Positions 23,568 through 35,427 are shown, counted from the whole stretch's first letter. The stretch: 53,184 bases of DNA, filler included, from Jimgerdemannia flammicorona (GCA_003990765.1; 3 parts of 3 records of this genome joined end to end with filler, not necessarily neighbours in it); one strand, 5' to 3'. The notes: generated by a model from the sequence alone, not told the origin. Made by a program: numbers and translations.

Positions 23568-26500
23568 GAGTTGGGTTCCTCAATGCACACAGACTACCCC
23601 AGGACAAGTTCGATGTACTCAGTCAGTTGATTGGTCCTGCCCTCAACATTCTTTTCGTATGTGAAACATGGCACATTCCGCTGCATCTCTCTCCGCTCAT
23701 TCACATGTCCTCTCCTCCGGTATCATACAGGATCATGGGTTACCAGAATGGTGGTCTTATGGTCCTTGTGTCAAACCATTTTGCCCCCCTCATTTTCGGG
23801 TCCTCTGCCGACCCCTTCCATATCCGACTCATGTTCCAGGGCCTGGCTTTGGTCAGGGTTTACGCCCCCCCCTCTCTTCCTATTGGTGGCTTTCGTGATC
23901 TTGTGTCTGGCCCATTCATGGGTAAGACCCTCTTGATTGATGATATCAATACCTGCTTTGGTGCTCACCTTGGTGACATCAACTCTGGCCCTCGTGACTG
24001 GATGGATGTTATTGATACTTTCTTAATGACATGGTCATTGAACCACCTGACCCTGGTGGCTGGATCTACGCACATTGACCACGCATTTGCCACCACATCT
24101 CTCCACATATCCCTCATCTACTCCACCCCCCCTGTTGCTACCGACCACCTCTCCCTCCTCACTGTCTCCTTCCCCTTCTCCCCCTCACCGGTTACTGCCT
24201 TGGCTGGCATTTATCATTACTCTGCGAGATATCTAACCGACCCGGTTGTCCAAGCTCACCTCCGGGAATCAGCCAATATCGTTTGCGATATAGTTGTCAG
24301 GTCCATCTACTCTGTCCGGGATCACATAACTGGCTTTCGCTCTGTGGAAGATTGCCAACAGTTCGTGGATTCCCTGGACGTCCTTTTGACCTCTGGTCTA
24401 TAGTCAGTTTGTGAGGACATTCTTGACTCATATGATGCAAGAGAAATCAGGGCTGTGCCGCTCCCCCAGCGGGACCTCCTTCGCAGTGCATCTTCAGTCT
24501 CTGATACTATTCGTGGTTTCAAGTGAGTGTACCACTCCACCCCCCTTGCTTCTCTCCAATTCCGCTCCCCCAATGTCTTGGTGTTCGACGATGTGGTTGC
24601 TCACTTCACCACCATCTTCAGCCAACCGAACGTCTCCCTCCACCTCAATGACTCTGAGGATGTCTTCCCTCTCAGCATGGGTGCTCTTGGACTGCAGTCT
24701 TGGTTTGATCAACCTACGGTTTGGAGGACTATCCACAGCTACCCCCTCTCTAAGGCCTGTGGCGCTGACTCCTTGCATGTCCGAATCCTTCGGATAATGG
24801 CAGGCGAGAAGGATGCTCCCTGTAGCCTGTCGAAAGCCTTGTCCTTTTTCTTCCAGATGTGCCTGGTTTGGGGGCTCACTCCCCACTGCTGGAACTCTGC
24901 CATCATCACCCTGGTTCCTTAGAGGGAGGAATCACGTACGATTGATGGATTTCGCCCTATTGCTCTGACTGAAATGTTTCATAGACTCTTCGAGCAGTGT
25001 TTGGAAGGTTACGTCAAGAGCCAAAGTGGCCTGACAGAAATGTCGCACTGCCAAGATGGCTTCCGAACCTGCTTCTCATCCCTCTCTCATGTCTTGTTAT
25101 CGCACGAGACGTGGGCTAAGGGATGGGGCTGCCATGTCTTTCTTGACCTCTGGCAGGCATACAATCGAGTCCCCCTCAAGCTTATTCTTTCCCGGCTTGA
25201 GGTGAGAGATACTGATATAGCCCTCCTTAGCATTATCTGAAGCTTATTCAACCACTGTTCTTATCAAGTGGTTGTAACGGCCTCATCACCCCTTCGGTCC
25301 CCACTGAGCATGACCTCTTCCAGGGCTCTCTCCTCTCTCCTTGGCTCTTTGACGTCTTTATTGACCCTCTTGCCTCCTCCTTTGATGAATAATTCAAGGA
25401 GTACGACTTCCCCCTCAGGCTCTTCTTTGCAGACAACATCGCTCTCACCCCCCACACTGCCACGGAAGGGCAAAGGATGATCAACTTTTGTGAAGAATGG
25501 CTTCTGGAGAATGGTATGGAGCTCAACCCCAAGAAGTGTGGTTACGTTGGCCTGGCTGACTATACCATGCAGATTGGGGGAGAACCCTGCCCACAACCCC
25601 CCTCTTACGTATACCTGGGTGTGCTGTATACTAACAAAGAGTTTGACTTTGTTAGCCTTGTATTACAGAATGCAGCAAAGGTGGAATGAACTCTTGGATT
25701 CTGCCATACCCGTGGTCCTCTCTGGTCGCCAATGGTCAAGCTGGCCATCCTACATATGTTCATCAGGCCTCAGCTGGAATATGGCCTCTCCCTTCTACGA
25801 GCTTCCTGCCCAGCAACTACCACAGGGCTTCAGGTGTTGAAGCGTCCCGAGCAGGTCTTTGATGATACTGTTGCTTGGTTGGTTGGATTTTCCAGCTGAC
25901 CCTTGCTTGGCAGTTCGATTCTCAGCCTCCCCTCCTTTCTTCGTTGTACGTTCAACCTCTGCTACATATTCCAAGCCTATCTGGATTGGTGTAGCAAGTC
26001 TGGCAACAACCCCATCGGTCCCCTTAGCAAGCGCTTTATCACGCATCCCCCAGGTTCTATCATTGACAAGTTCCGGCATTGGATCTCTTGGCTTGACTTC
26101 CTCGACTGGTACTAGGACCTTCGTCCCCAGGTCCACAAGACTTGCTCGCTCCGCTCCTTCCTACAATCCTTTCTTTGGGATCAGTTGCTGCAGGAATGGG
26201 CCTCCTCCTCACAGGCTCTCATTTGGTATATCACCCCCAAAGGCCACTTGCGGTCGCGGGGCGCCAACTGCATCCTTTCCTTCCCCCCCTGGCTTATGCA
26301 TTCTGCCCTTGCCTGGCACTATGGCTACTTTGGCCAACCCCACCCCTGCCCCTGTGGAGATAAGTTTCATCGTGGCCATCTCCTCAGGTGTGGTCTTCTT
26401 GATGGTTCATATTCTGCATTCCGAGGTACTTCTGATCGTGATGAATAGCTCAATTGGTTTACCAGTGATGAATGGCAGAAAGAACTTCACGCCTACTCCC

Positions 26501-26600
26501 TTCACACTCTTCACAAGATAGCCTACCATGCTATTGATACCATGTGTAATTCTGGTAGCCACCTTGTGGTCAGGTTCTGCTTGGCCAAGATTACGAAGAT
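23564..26600 (+). pseudogene. Family T ORF2 (APE endonuclease - reverse transcriptase - Cys/His motif)
   Basis: MRVGFLNAH...CETWH; WNSAIITLVP; FLDL-QAY; FQGSLLSPWLF; CPCGDKFHRGHLLRC. 3' end is approximate. Confidence 0.88.
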
Positions 26601-27009
26601 GCTTGGGTGATCAAGCAATCATACATTTTCTTTACTTCTTTCTCTCCCCTCATTTGCCTTGGTTGGTTCTCTCCATTGTTGAGGGCATATTGAGTTATTC
26701 ATCTCATATTAGTCATTTGGTGTTTAGTTGACGATTCAGTTCATATAGTTGGTACCAGGTGAATGTGTATCATATCTTAGCCTTCCCTTTTCTCTGCTTT
26801 TTTTGCATTCTATTATCTTTACAGCCATGAAAAAATGGTTTTTATCCAGCCTATCCATAGGGTGGTCACCTCTCTGGCCTTTGTTTTGTTCTTCTTAGCT
26901 AGTTGTTACTTCACTGGCCTCGTTTTGCTTTTCTCATCTTAGGAGTCTTTGCCTTTTGTTGCTCCGATGTACCCTATCTTCTCTACAATGAATAAATCCT
27001 TTCTTGAAG

Positions 27010-27046
27010 CCTAGCCCTAACCTAACCCTAACCCTAACCCTAACCC
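27010..27046 (+). repeat. Interstitial telomeric repeat tract (CCCTAA)n
   Basis: CCTAG CCCTAA CCTAA CCCTAA CCCTAA CCCTAA CCC directly after the T2 3' UTR. A shorter tract lies at 21848-21860. Confidence 0.93.
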
Positions 27047-30000
27047 ATTGGCTGATAATTTAAAATAAATCCTCACTTTTAAGCTAAAAAATAAACAACT
27101 ACCAGACTGCTATATAGACTATTATGTCATACATAGTATTTGTCTATACCATCTACTATTAATTACTTATTTTGGTTGTCAGCCTCATTCTGTGAATCAT
27201 TAGTATTAAACAATAGATACTCTGCAAAGAACTACATTATTGAGTTAATAGCTGGATCACTCTCTAGTTTGAGGAATAACATTATAAGAATTAATCACTA
27301 AAAATGCTAAATAAACCACTATGCTAAATAGACTACTGTATAGACCACCACTGCAACCTAATTTTGAAAAAAGATAAATAAACTACTGTACAGACTGCCA
27401 CTGCTATCCAATTTTTGAAGATATTATTTATCTGTATCATCTGCTATTAATTGCTTATTCTGATTATTAGTCTTATTTCTGTGAACCATCAGTATTGAAC
27501 AATAGATACTCTACAAAGAACTATATCATTGAGTTAATAACTGGGTCACTCCTTAGTTTAAGAAATAACATTATAAGAATTAATTACTAAAATATCTTCC
27601 AATATATGAATGGACTACTATAGAGAATTAAAAGATGTTATATATGAACCACTTAAGTAAAGAATACCATTATATGTCTTTTGATAATATACAAATATCT
27701 CCTGACATATAAATAGACCACTATAGAGAATTAAAAGATATTATATACAAACTGCTTGAGTGAAGAATACTATCTGATATATGAATAGACTACTATAGAG
27801 AATTAAAAGACATTATATACAAATCTCTCAAGATAATATATAAATGGAATGAACTGCTCTAGAGAACTAAAGATACTATTACTCTGACTTTTGAAGATAT
27901 AAACATTACCTATTGCAAATAAACTAGTATCCTATTGAAGACATTATATATAAACCCCTTAAGTAAAGAATGCCATCATATAACTTTTGATGATATACAA
28001 ATACCTCATAATATACAAATATCTTATAATATATAAATATCTTCTATCATTCAAATGGACTGCCATAGAGAATTAAAAGACATCATATATAAACTACCTA
28101 AGTGAAGAATACTACCTGATCTTAGAAGATACTGTCACTTACTAGATACTAATACCCAATTTTTGTAGACACCATTACCTGACTTTTGTCCAAACTACTG
28201 CCTGAATTAAAACTTTTAGGATCTCAAAAAATATTCTGATAATCACTTAGATATAATATTATAAACAAGTCTATATAGGGAGAACAAACATATAAATATT
28301 ATAATATAAGAATTTAAATAAGTATTTTTGTATTAAAAATAATCTATTCAGGAGAAAGATATGATTTATAGTATGAAATAGAAATAAGAATTAGGAGAAT
28401 GAATATTTGATTGTGATACCTAAATCTGATTTCCTGATTTATTATAGTATAGAAATTATCTTTACTATAGATACTATATCTAAAATATTATCAGTGAAAC
28501 TCTTGTTACTTTTACAAAATTTAGATAGGATTTCACATAAGATTATATCTGAGATATAGATGGAAATTTTACATGAAAAGACTTATTACTTAGCTGCATA
28601 TTTAGTAGTGCAAACTTATATAAATAATCCAGTATCTTAGAGTAAATAAACCTCAGATTGAACCAGTTTAATTCAAAGGTCTTCTTTATATACCCTTTCT
28701 CTCCATTTTAAAATACTATTAATTTACTAAGTTTCACATCTACAATGTTATACTATATAATCCTCTCTCTGAGCTATATATAGTATATTTGTAATCTTTG
28801 AATAAATCAGTATAGTGTTTTCTATATTAATATTATAATAGTAGTATTGTATCTATCTCTTGATATTCTTTAAATTAATAATAAGAATATTCTCAAATTT
28901 ATAAAGTAGCTTCTTTAGTTTCTTATTGAGTAGAAATTTATTTTTAATAAATAGCTATACTTATCTATGATTTTCTTCTCCTTATAGTCTAATTTTATAA
29001 TCTTAATACTAATATAGACTCTTCTTTTTATAGATTTAAATATTCTTTATATTTTATCTAATATTTTGACTTTTAGAATCTTAGATTATAATACTAAAAA
29101 AATAAGTATCTGTATTATTAAATTCTTTTTGTTAACTGTAAAAAAAAATTTCAAAAATCTAATTTCTAACAATAATGAGAATTTTTCCAGTATAGTTTAA
29201 ATTAATAACTCATATTTTAATTGAGATTTCACTCTTAGCTAAACTACTTTTTGTTTTGAGAATTCTGATAATATTATTTAGAATAATTATTTTTAGATTA
29301 GTTATAAGTAAAGTTATTATTTAAAGTTTAAAAACTATCTCTATAACCATAATAATATCTAGTTTAAATATATTTTTTTATTTAAATTCTAATAAAAGTA
29401 TATCTAGATATATATATCCTCCAAATATTGATCTTATTTTTTCTTTATTATTACTATTTTCTAAGAGAGCTAAATACTCATCTTCTTAGTCTTTCTTTTT
29501 TTACCTCTTCTGTTTTGTTTTTTATTTTTACTTTTCTGAGATAATTTATATCTTTTTCAAGAATCTTTTTAGCAAATTAATAGTATTTTTTATAAATATT
29601 AATAATATATAGTAGTTATAAATATATATATTATATCTAAAATCTATATTGACTAATTTCTTGAAAAAAGTAGTATTGAGTAATCTTTTAATATTAATCT
29701 TTTTTAATGATCTAACTAATCATTTTCTTCTTCTTATTTATTAATTTCATTCTCTATTATAGAAAGTTTCTTTATTAATATTGATTGAAATTTACATCTT
29801 TTAAATATTTATATCAATTATTGTCTTGGTTTTGTAAAGCTACTGATTACTAATAAAGATATCATATTTGGTAATACTGATTATAATTATATCTACTGAA
29901 ATAGTTACTCTTCTGAACTTAATGAAAATATCTCAGATCTTTCTCAAAAATATAACTCTAATATTATCTACTATAACAAATATCAGTTTTGTGGAATTTT

Positions 30001-30332
30001 TGATCTTTCAACCTAGGTAGTCTACAGTCTTCTTGCTAAGGAGCCATTCTTCAGCTTTTATATCAATAATGGTTCAATGATCCTGTCTTCTATTTGGCAA
30101 GTTGCATACAACTGCTGACTTGAATTAACCAACCAGAGTGTGGAATACACTCAGGTAGACAGAGACAAGTAGAGCAGATGCATTTCCTAATCAGAGAGGG
30201 GAGTACACTGAGACAGACAGAGATACAGAGGGTAGGGGTGCGTTTCCCAACCAGCGAGGGGGATACACTCAGACTAACAGAGAGAAAGAGTGGGCAGGCG
30301 CGTTTCCCTACAACTTTATTATAGAGTAAAGA
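27047..30332. repeat. Very AT-rich decayed repeat block of unclear class, with internal direct repeats
   Basis: ~165-bp direct repeat at ~27141-27303 and ~27429-27592. GACTACTATAGAGAATTAAAAGA-like unit about 5 times (27613-28080). Three ~60-bp tandem units at 30131-30308. No ORFs, strong TpA excess. Confidence 0.6.
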
Positions 30333-30715
30333 ACAACCGGTTGAGCCTGATTATTATTCTATTATAGGCATGTTCCTTGGAAAGAGTGCTTCTTCGGAAT
30401 TCTAAATTAAATAAACAATCTTTGCAGGCTTTACGAGGGAAGACCTTGTTCTTGTGGCATGCGTCTTGTCGTTGTGCGATGAGCATGGGAATAAGGGGTG
30501 GCGTAATCGCAACTGTTAAAGATCCGATTGGGACGGAATTGAACCGAAATGGATCGAACGGAGTATTAGCGTAACCTTAGACAGGGCAACGATTGGAGTG
30601 CACATGACAATCGGGTTTGACCCGAAATGGATGAACCCGGCCAATCGGTTTTGCATCTCCGAATGTGTCAAACGCAAGCGCGAATTCTTGACTTCAATAC
30701 CCACCAACTCACAAC

Positions 30716-33700
30716 ATGCAAATATCTTTATCAAAGGATACCAACAGCGACGGCTCTAAAGAAACCAGGGTCCTCGTTGAGGTTGCCATCGCTGATGATG
30801 AGCAAGCAGAATTCCGTTACAGCCATTTCTTTGACCTTCAACATATTGAAGCTGGTCGATCCATCGCCGTCGAAGTCTTCGACAAGGAGCCCAAGTCTGC
30901 GGATCTTAGAAAATATGGAAAGTTGTTATTTAGAGCCCTCTTCTCGAAAGATAATGCCAGTCCTGCTCGGCAATTACTTGATGAAATATTGCTGCCTCGC
31001 CCACCCGGTCGAATTTTACTTAAGCTCAACCATGACACTGACCTTGACATCATCCCCTGGGAGTACACGTGGGGCAACAATGCATATTTGATCAGTCACT
31101 GTATATTTGTACGCTTGCACAAACTAAAGGGCCCTCAGCAATCGAAACTTTCGCACAATCCCAAGGTCTCTCAAATATCGTATAATCCGAAGTTCCCTAA
31201 GACATCGCATAATCCGAAGGGTATCCAGCCATCGCACAATCTGAAGATCTCTCAGCCGAAGGGGCCTCAGACATCGCGCAATCCGGAAGAGACTGAGCCA
31301 TTGCAACGTCCGACGGGGAGCCAGGCAACGCACAATCCGAAGGTCCCTCAGCCATCGCACAGGCCGAATGGGCCGCAGACATCGTGCAATCCGAAGGGAT
31401 CTCTACCTTCGCGTAATCTGAAGGGGTCGATGCCATCGTACAGTCCGAAGGGGCCTCAGCCATCGCACAATCCGAGGGGGTTTGAGCCGTCGCACAGTCC
31501 GAAGGGGCCTCAGCCATCGCGCAACCCAAAGGGGTCTGAGACATCGCACAGTCCTCAGCCATTGCGTAATCCGAAGGGGTCTCAGCAATCGCGCAATCTG
31601 AAGGGGCCTCAGCCATCGAAACTTCCGCAGCTTCCGCTCCGCATTGTCACCGTTGTACCAAACCCCATACTCCCGCCAAACGATCCCAACGTGAATAGTT
31701 TTCCGGATCTGCATTTGACCGATCAATTTCAGACATTATTCGATGAGTATAACAAAAACAATCAAAGAGTGTTACTGCACCGTGTGTTCCCGCCGACCGT
31801 CGAAAGAATGTACTCTTCACTTATGATGAAGCCCGAAATGGCCACAGTGCTTCATTTCATGGGACACTGCGGCTCGCAGAGCGATCGTACAAGGGCCCTC
31901 ATCTTCGAAGATAACGACACGGGTAATCTCGACTTTGTTGACACACTGCGCCTCGGCAACATGGTGAAGAACTTGCGATTGGCATTTCTATCTGCCTGCG
32001 ATACACGTGTTGTCGCCCGAGTCCTGGCGGAACAAGAAATTCCATATACTATCGGTTCATACTGTCGCCTGCCAGACGACCTCGCTCGCAAGTTCGAGTA
32101 TAAATTCTACCAGTTCCTTGCCAGCGGCAAAACGGTGGAAATAGCGATGTTGGAAGCGCGTGTGTTTATGCAACACTCGAATATCATTCGACAACGCGAC
32201 TACTTCCCCGGTGCTATGGTGCTTTACTCATCCACGTTTTCAGAAGAGGATGGTGTGTTTAAGTACGAGGATGGCAAGCCCACGGTCGAACCCCACATGC
32301 CCGTCAACAATCTCGAAGTGATCTCCATCACACCAATTTTTTGCGGACGGAAGAACGAAATAATTGAGTTGGCTCGCGTTTTGAGGAGCATGGCGAAGCA
32401 AGGGGCACAGACTTGTCGCATATACACTATTGAGGGCATTGTCGGCCAGGGGAAAACAGCGTTGGCCGAGAAGGCGGCCAGATGGACGGCGCATCTTTTC
32501 CCTGGTGGAATTTTTGTTTGGCGGTTCGATCCTTCGCGCGCAGTATCGGTTATGGACTATTTGCAGCACCTGAGTCAGGTCATATTCCAGGAAGCCCTGA
32601 CTGGTGATTTGGACATGCTGGAACGGGACCTTATCAAGAAATTGGAGTCTCGTCCGACGAGTTTGCTTATCCTCGATCAAGTCGATATATTGAAACATGC
32701 ACAAGTCATGGGCAATGGCGAGGCTGTATCCTTGGTGAACTGGCTTCGGAAGGTGGTATCGGTACCTGATCTCGCAGTAAGAATTCTTGCAACGTCGAAT
32801 CAACGTTTGAACTGGACAGCACAGGAGGAAGTGATGCATCTCAATGGTTTAACTGATTTTGATATTGAGAGTGGCGTCGAGATGTTTATTCGAAATCTCG
32901 ACTCAGAAGTAAGGAGGAGGATGGAGAAGGAGGAAAATACAGCTCAGTTATTGCGCGACCTCATCAGGCTCCTAGACGGACATCCGCTGTCTCTGAAATC
33001 CCTTGCCCGAACGGTTTGCCTACCGCAACATTCTGATACGTCGCTTCAAGAACTCATCCAAGAACACTACAGTATAATGCTGGCGAATGACTCGGATTTG
33101 AGTACAAAACTCAGAAGTCATTTCCGATCAACGATCGAAACACTTCTACCTTTGGAGTGCCAATTTATATTTATGTGTTCTCTCTTCATCGGACCAATCA
33201 CAGAAGAAGTGCTAGAATTCGTCCGTCATTTTGTTGAGTGCGTCGATGGATCCAAAAATGGGATCGATTCTAGAGCGACGATCACGAAGAACCTTCAACA
33301 ACTTTACCGTCGCGGGTTATTGTCCAATCGAAATGAGGAATACAGTATGCAATTCGCACTTAGGGAAGGCGCCAGGCTCTGTAACTCCCTGTGGAAATTC
33401 CGCCTGCACTTGCCGATCCCAGGTTTGATCAATGACACATTTGTAATTGGTGTGGTCGGACCATCTCAACGTGGTGAGTAATATACTGGAGCAAGATCAT
33501 TCATATGTCTCCTATCCACTTGTTCTAAATCTATTGTCCATCATAACAGTGAATTCCATGGTGTTGGGATGGCAACTCCGAAGAATTCAAGCCAATGCTC
33601 ATAGGGTACTGAAGACCAGGGGTTTTGGCATACACTACTACTCCATCGGAAATGAAGGACTTCGAATTTTCAAAATTGATGGCATGGCCAGCGACAGTAT

Positions 33701-35427
33701 CGACGGTGACAGTTTCGACGATGACAGTATCGACGGTGACAGTATCGACGGTGACAGTATCGTCGATGACAGTATCGTCGATGACAGTATCGACGATGAC
33801 AGTATCGACGGTGACAGTATTGACGATGACAGTATCGACGATGACAGCCTAGCCAAAGTCGTACCACGGGAAGATGCATTATATAGTCGGTTGGTGGTGT
33901 TCATATACAACATCTCTGAATGCAGCCATGACAGCCTCGTTCGATTTTCCAAAGAGCAAATTATACCACTTGTTCAAGAAAAACGAATGGCTTTTATTCT
34001 TTGCTTGAACCATACCGATAACGAGTTTGTGGAACGATCAAAGGCTGCTTCAGTTCTGACTATGAAAGCCGCAGAAATCCTTCAAACAAGCCTGAAGGAG
34101 TCGCACTGGATAATTAGAACAGAAGCTTCTCGCAGTAGGTTTAAAATTTCGTACCACTGTCATTGCATATATTAAATACTTTGTATTGTTAATTTTACTA
34201 ATACAAATGTTATCCAATATATATATTCTGACAGAGTTTATGCAACCCAACGGGGACTCAGGTGAAAAAATTTCTGTATTAAAATAAATCAATGTGATTG
34301 GTCATACTTTCTGGCTGACCTAGCTGCTTTCAATCCACCTACAGCGATGAATGAAAATTTTGACAACAAAACAACGGAGATGATTCACCGTAAACGTAAC
34401 GACAATGTCCACATGGAGGGAGATTTCGTTGGACGCACAAAAGATCTCAATGAGTTAAATGAACTTCTCAAAGGCCCTAAGCGTTTTATTACCATCAAAG
34501 GATTTGGTGGGATTGGAAAAACGGCATTGGCACTTCAAGCTTTCAACAGCTACAACTCTGGTAGCGCTCTTGCGCTATCTCTTACTGGAGTACCAAAATC
34601 AAATCAAGTGATCCTGAAGATTGCAGAGTTTTCTGCTGTAGACACCAAAGGTTTGGAAGATCAAGAACAACAGCCCAAAGTGCTTGAGGCATTGAAAGGG
34701 GAAGAGACAATTTTACTCTATCTTGACAACATGGAAGACATCAAACTTGCAATTTGTGGAAAAAACTCTGAGATGAAAAAGGAGGCAAAGTCATTGTTTA
34801 CCTTTTTCAAAATATTACCAAAAAATGTCAAAATTCTTGCTACATCACGAATCGCACTAGATTGGCCTAATGAACAGTTTTTCGATGTAACTGGTTTGAC
34901 ACCACACGACGGCATGCAGGTCTTTCGTCAATGGATCCCCCAGCGCTTGCAAGCAGAGAATATAGACGATGAGAGCGGAATGGAGCTTAGTCGTGTAGTT
35001 GATGGTCATCCATTGTCTATTCGCCTTCTAGGAGGAATGTTTGACAATTGCAAGGAACCGATCCAACAATTCATCAACAAGGTTCATGAACGACTTCCTA
35101 CAGCTGTGAATGACGAATCCATTAATGAGCGACACGAATCGATAGACGCCTGCATCGACTACAGTTTTTGTAACTTGGACGATGAACTCAAGAAGTTTTT
35201 GTGTCTGTTGAATGGCTGGAACATTCCATTTACACCAAAACTCATCTTGCGCTCTTTTCAAGATGACCCTGTTGCTCTATCAGCATCGCCTATCTCAACC
35301 AATTTGCACAAACTTTGGCAAAGAAGCTGGCTAAACCGACGAAAATACGAGGTCGACCCAATGCTCGGTGACTGGCGCCCCAACATTATCTCGAATGAAA
35401 CCGAGTTTTATAGCCTGCATCCACGCC
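30716..35427 (+). CDS. NLR-like protein: CHAT protease - STAND/NB-ARC - degenerate Ras-like GTPase - second STAND/NB-ARC; 3' partial. Predicted exons 30716-33473, 33550-34134, 34235-34261, 34324->35427
   Basis: CHAT: IPWE, LHFMGH, FLSAC. STAND1: FCGR, GIVGQGKT, LLILDQVD, ILATS, GHPLSL. STAND2: FVGR, GFGGIGKT, LLYLDNMED, ILATSR, GHPLSI, YSLHP. Three phase-1 introns (GTGAGT..CAG, GTAGGT..CAG, GTGAAA..GCTGACCTAG) join all ORFs in frame. CpG-rich and free of stops, unlike the flanking TEs. Confidence 0.85.
31124..31635 (+). repeat. Coding 27-bp minisatellite, about 18 degenerate units of PKGPQPSHN, inside the CHAT region
   Basis: Consensus CCGAAGGGGCCTCAGCCATCGCACAAT visible in both DNA and protein. 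Confidence 0.95.
33693..33848 (+). repeat. Coding 15-bp minisatellite, 10 full units of DSID(G/D)
   Basis: GACAGTATCGACG(G/A)T x10 plus a partial unit. Confidence 0.97.

Larger units (their letters stand above)
21861..27010 (+). mobile_element. Family T copy T2, apparently full length (5' region, ORF1, ORF2, 3' UTR), decayed
   Basis: Starts right after the telomere-like junction of T1. ORF1 22071-23567 has an N-terminal CAEC...CRSC. ORF2 from 23564 is APE-RT. AATAAA at 26991. Confidence 0.9.

Noticed and set aside
27047..30700. A gasdermin or other substrate gene next to the CHAT protease gene
   Set aside because: No supportable ORF upstream, and the downstream side is lost in the assembly gap, so this cannot be assessed.
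31124..31635. Repeat as a HET-s/RHIM-like amyloid signalling motif of a fungal NLR
   Set aside because: Proline-rich and basic, internal rather than N-terminal, with no alternating hydrophobic/Asn-Gly pattern.
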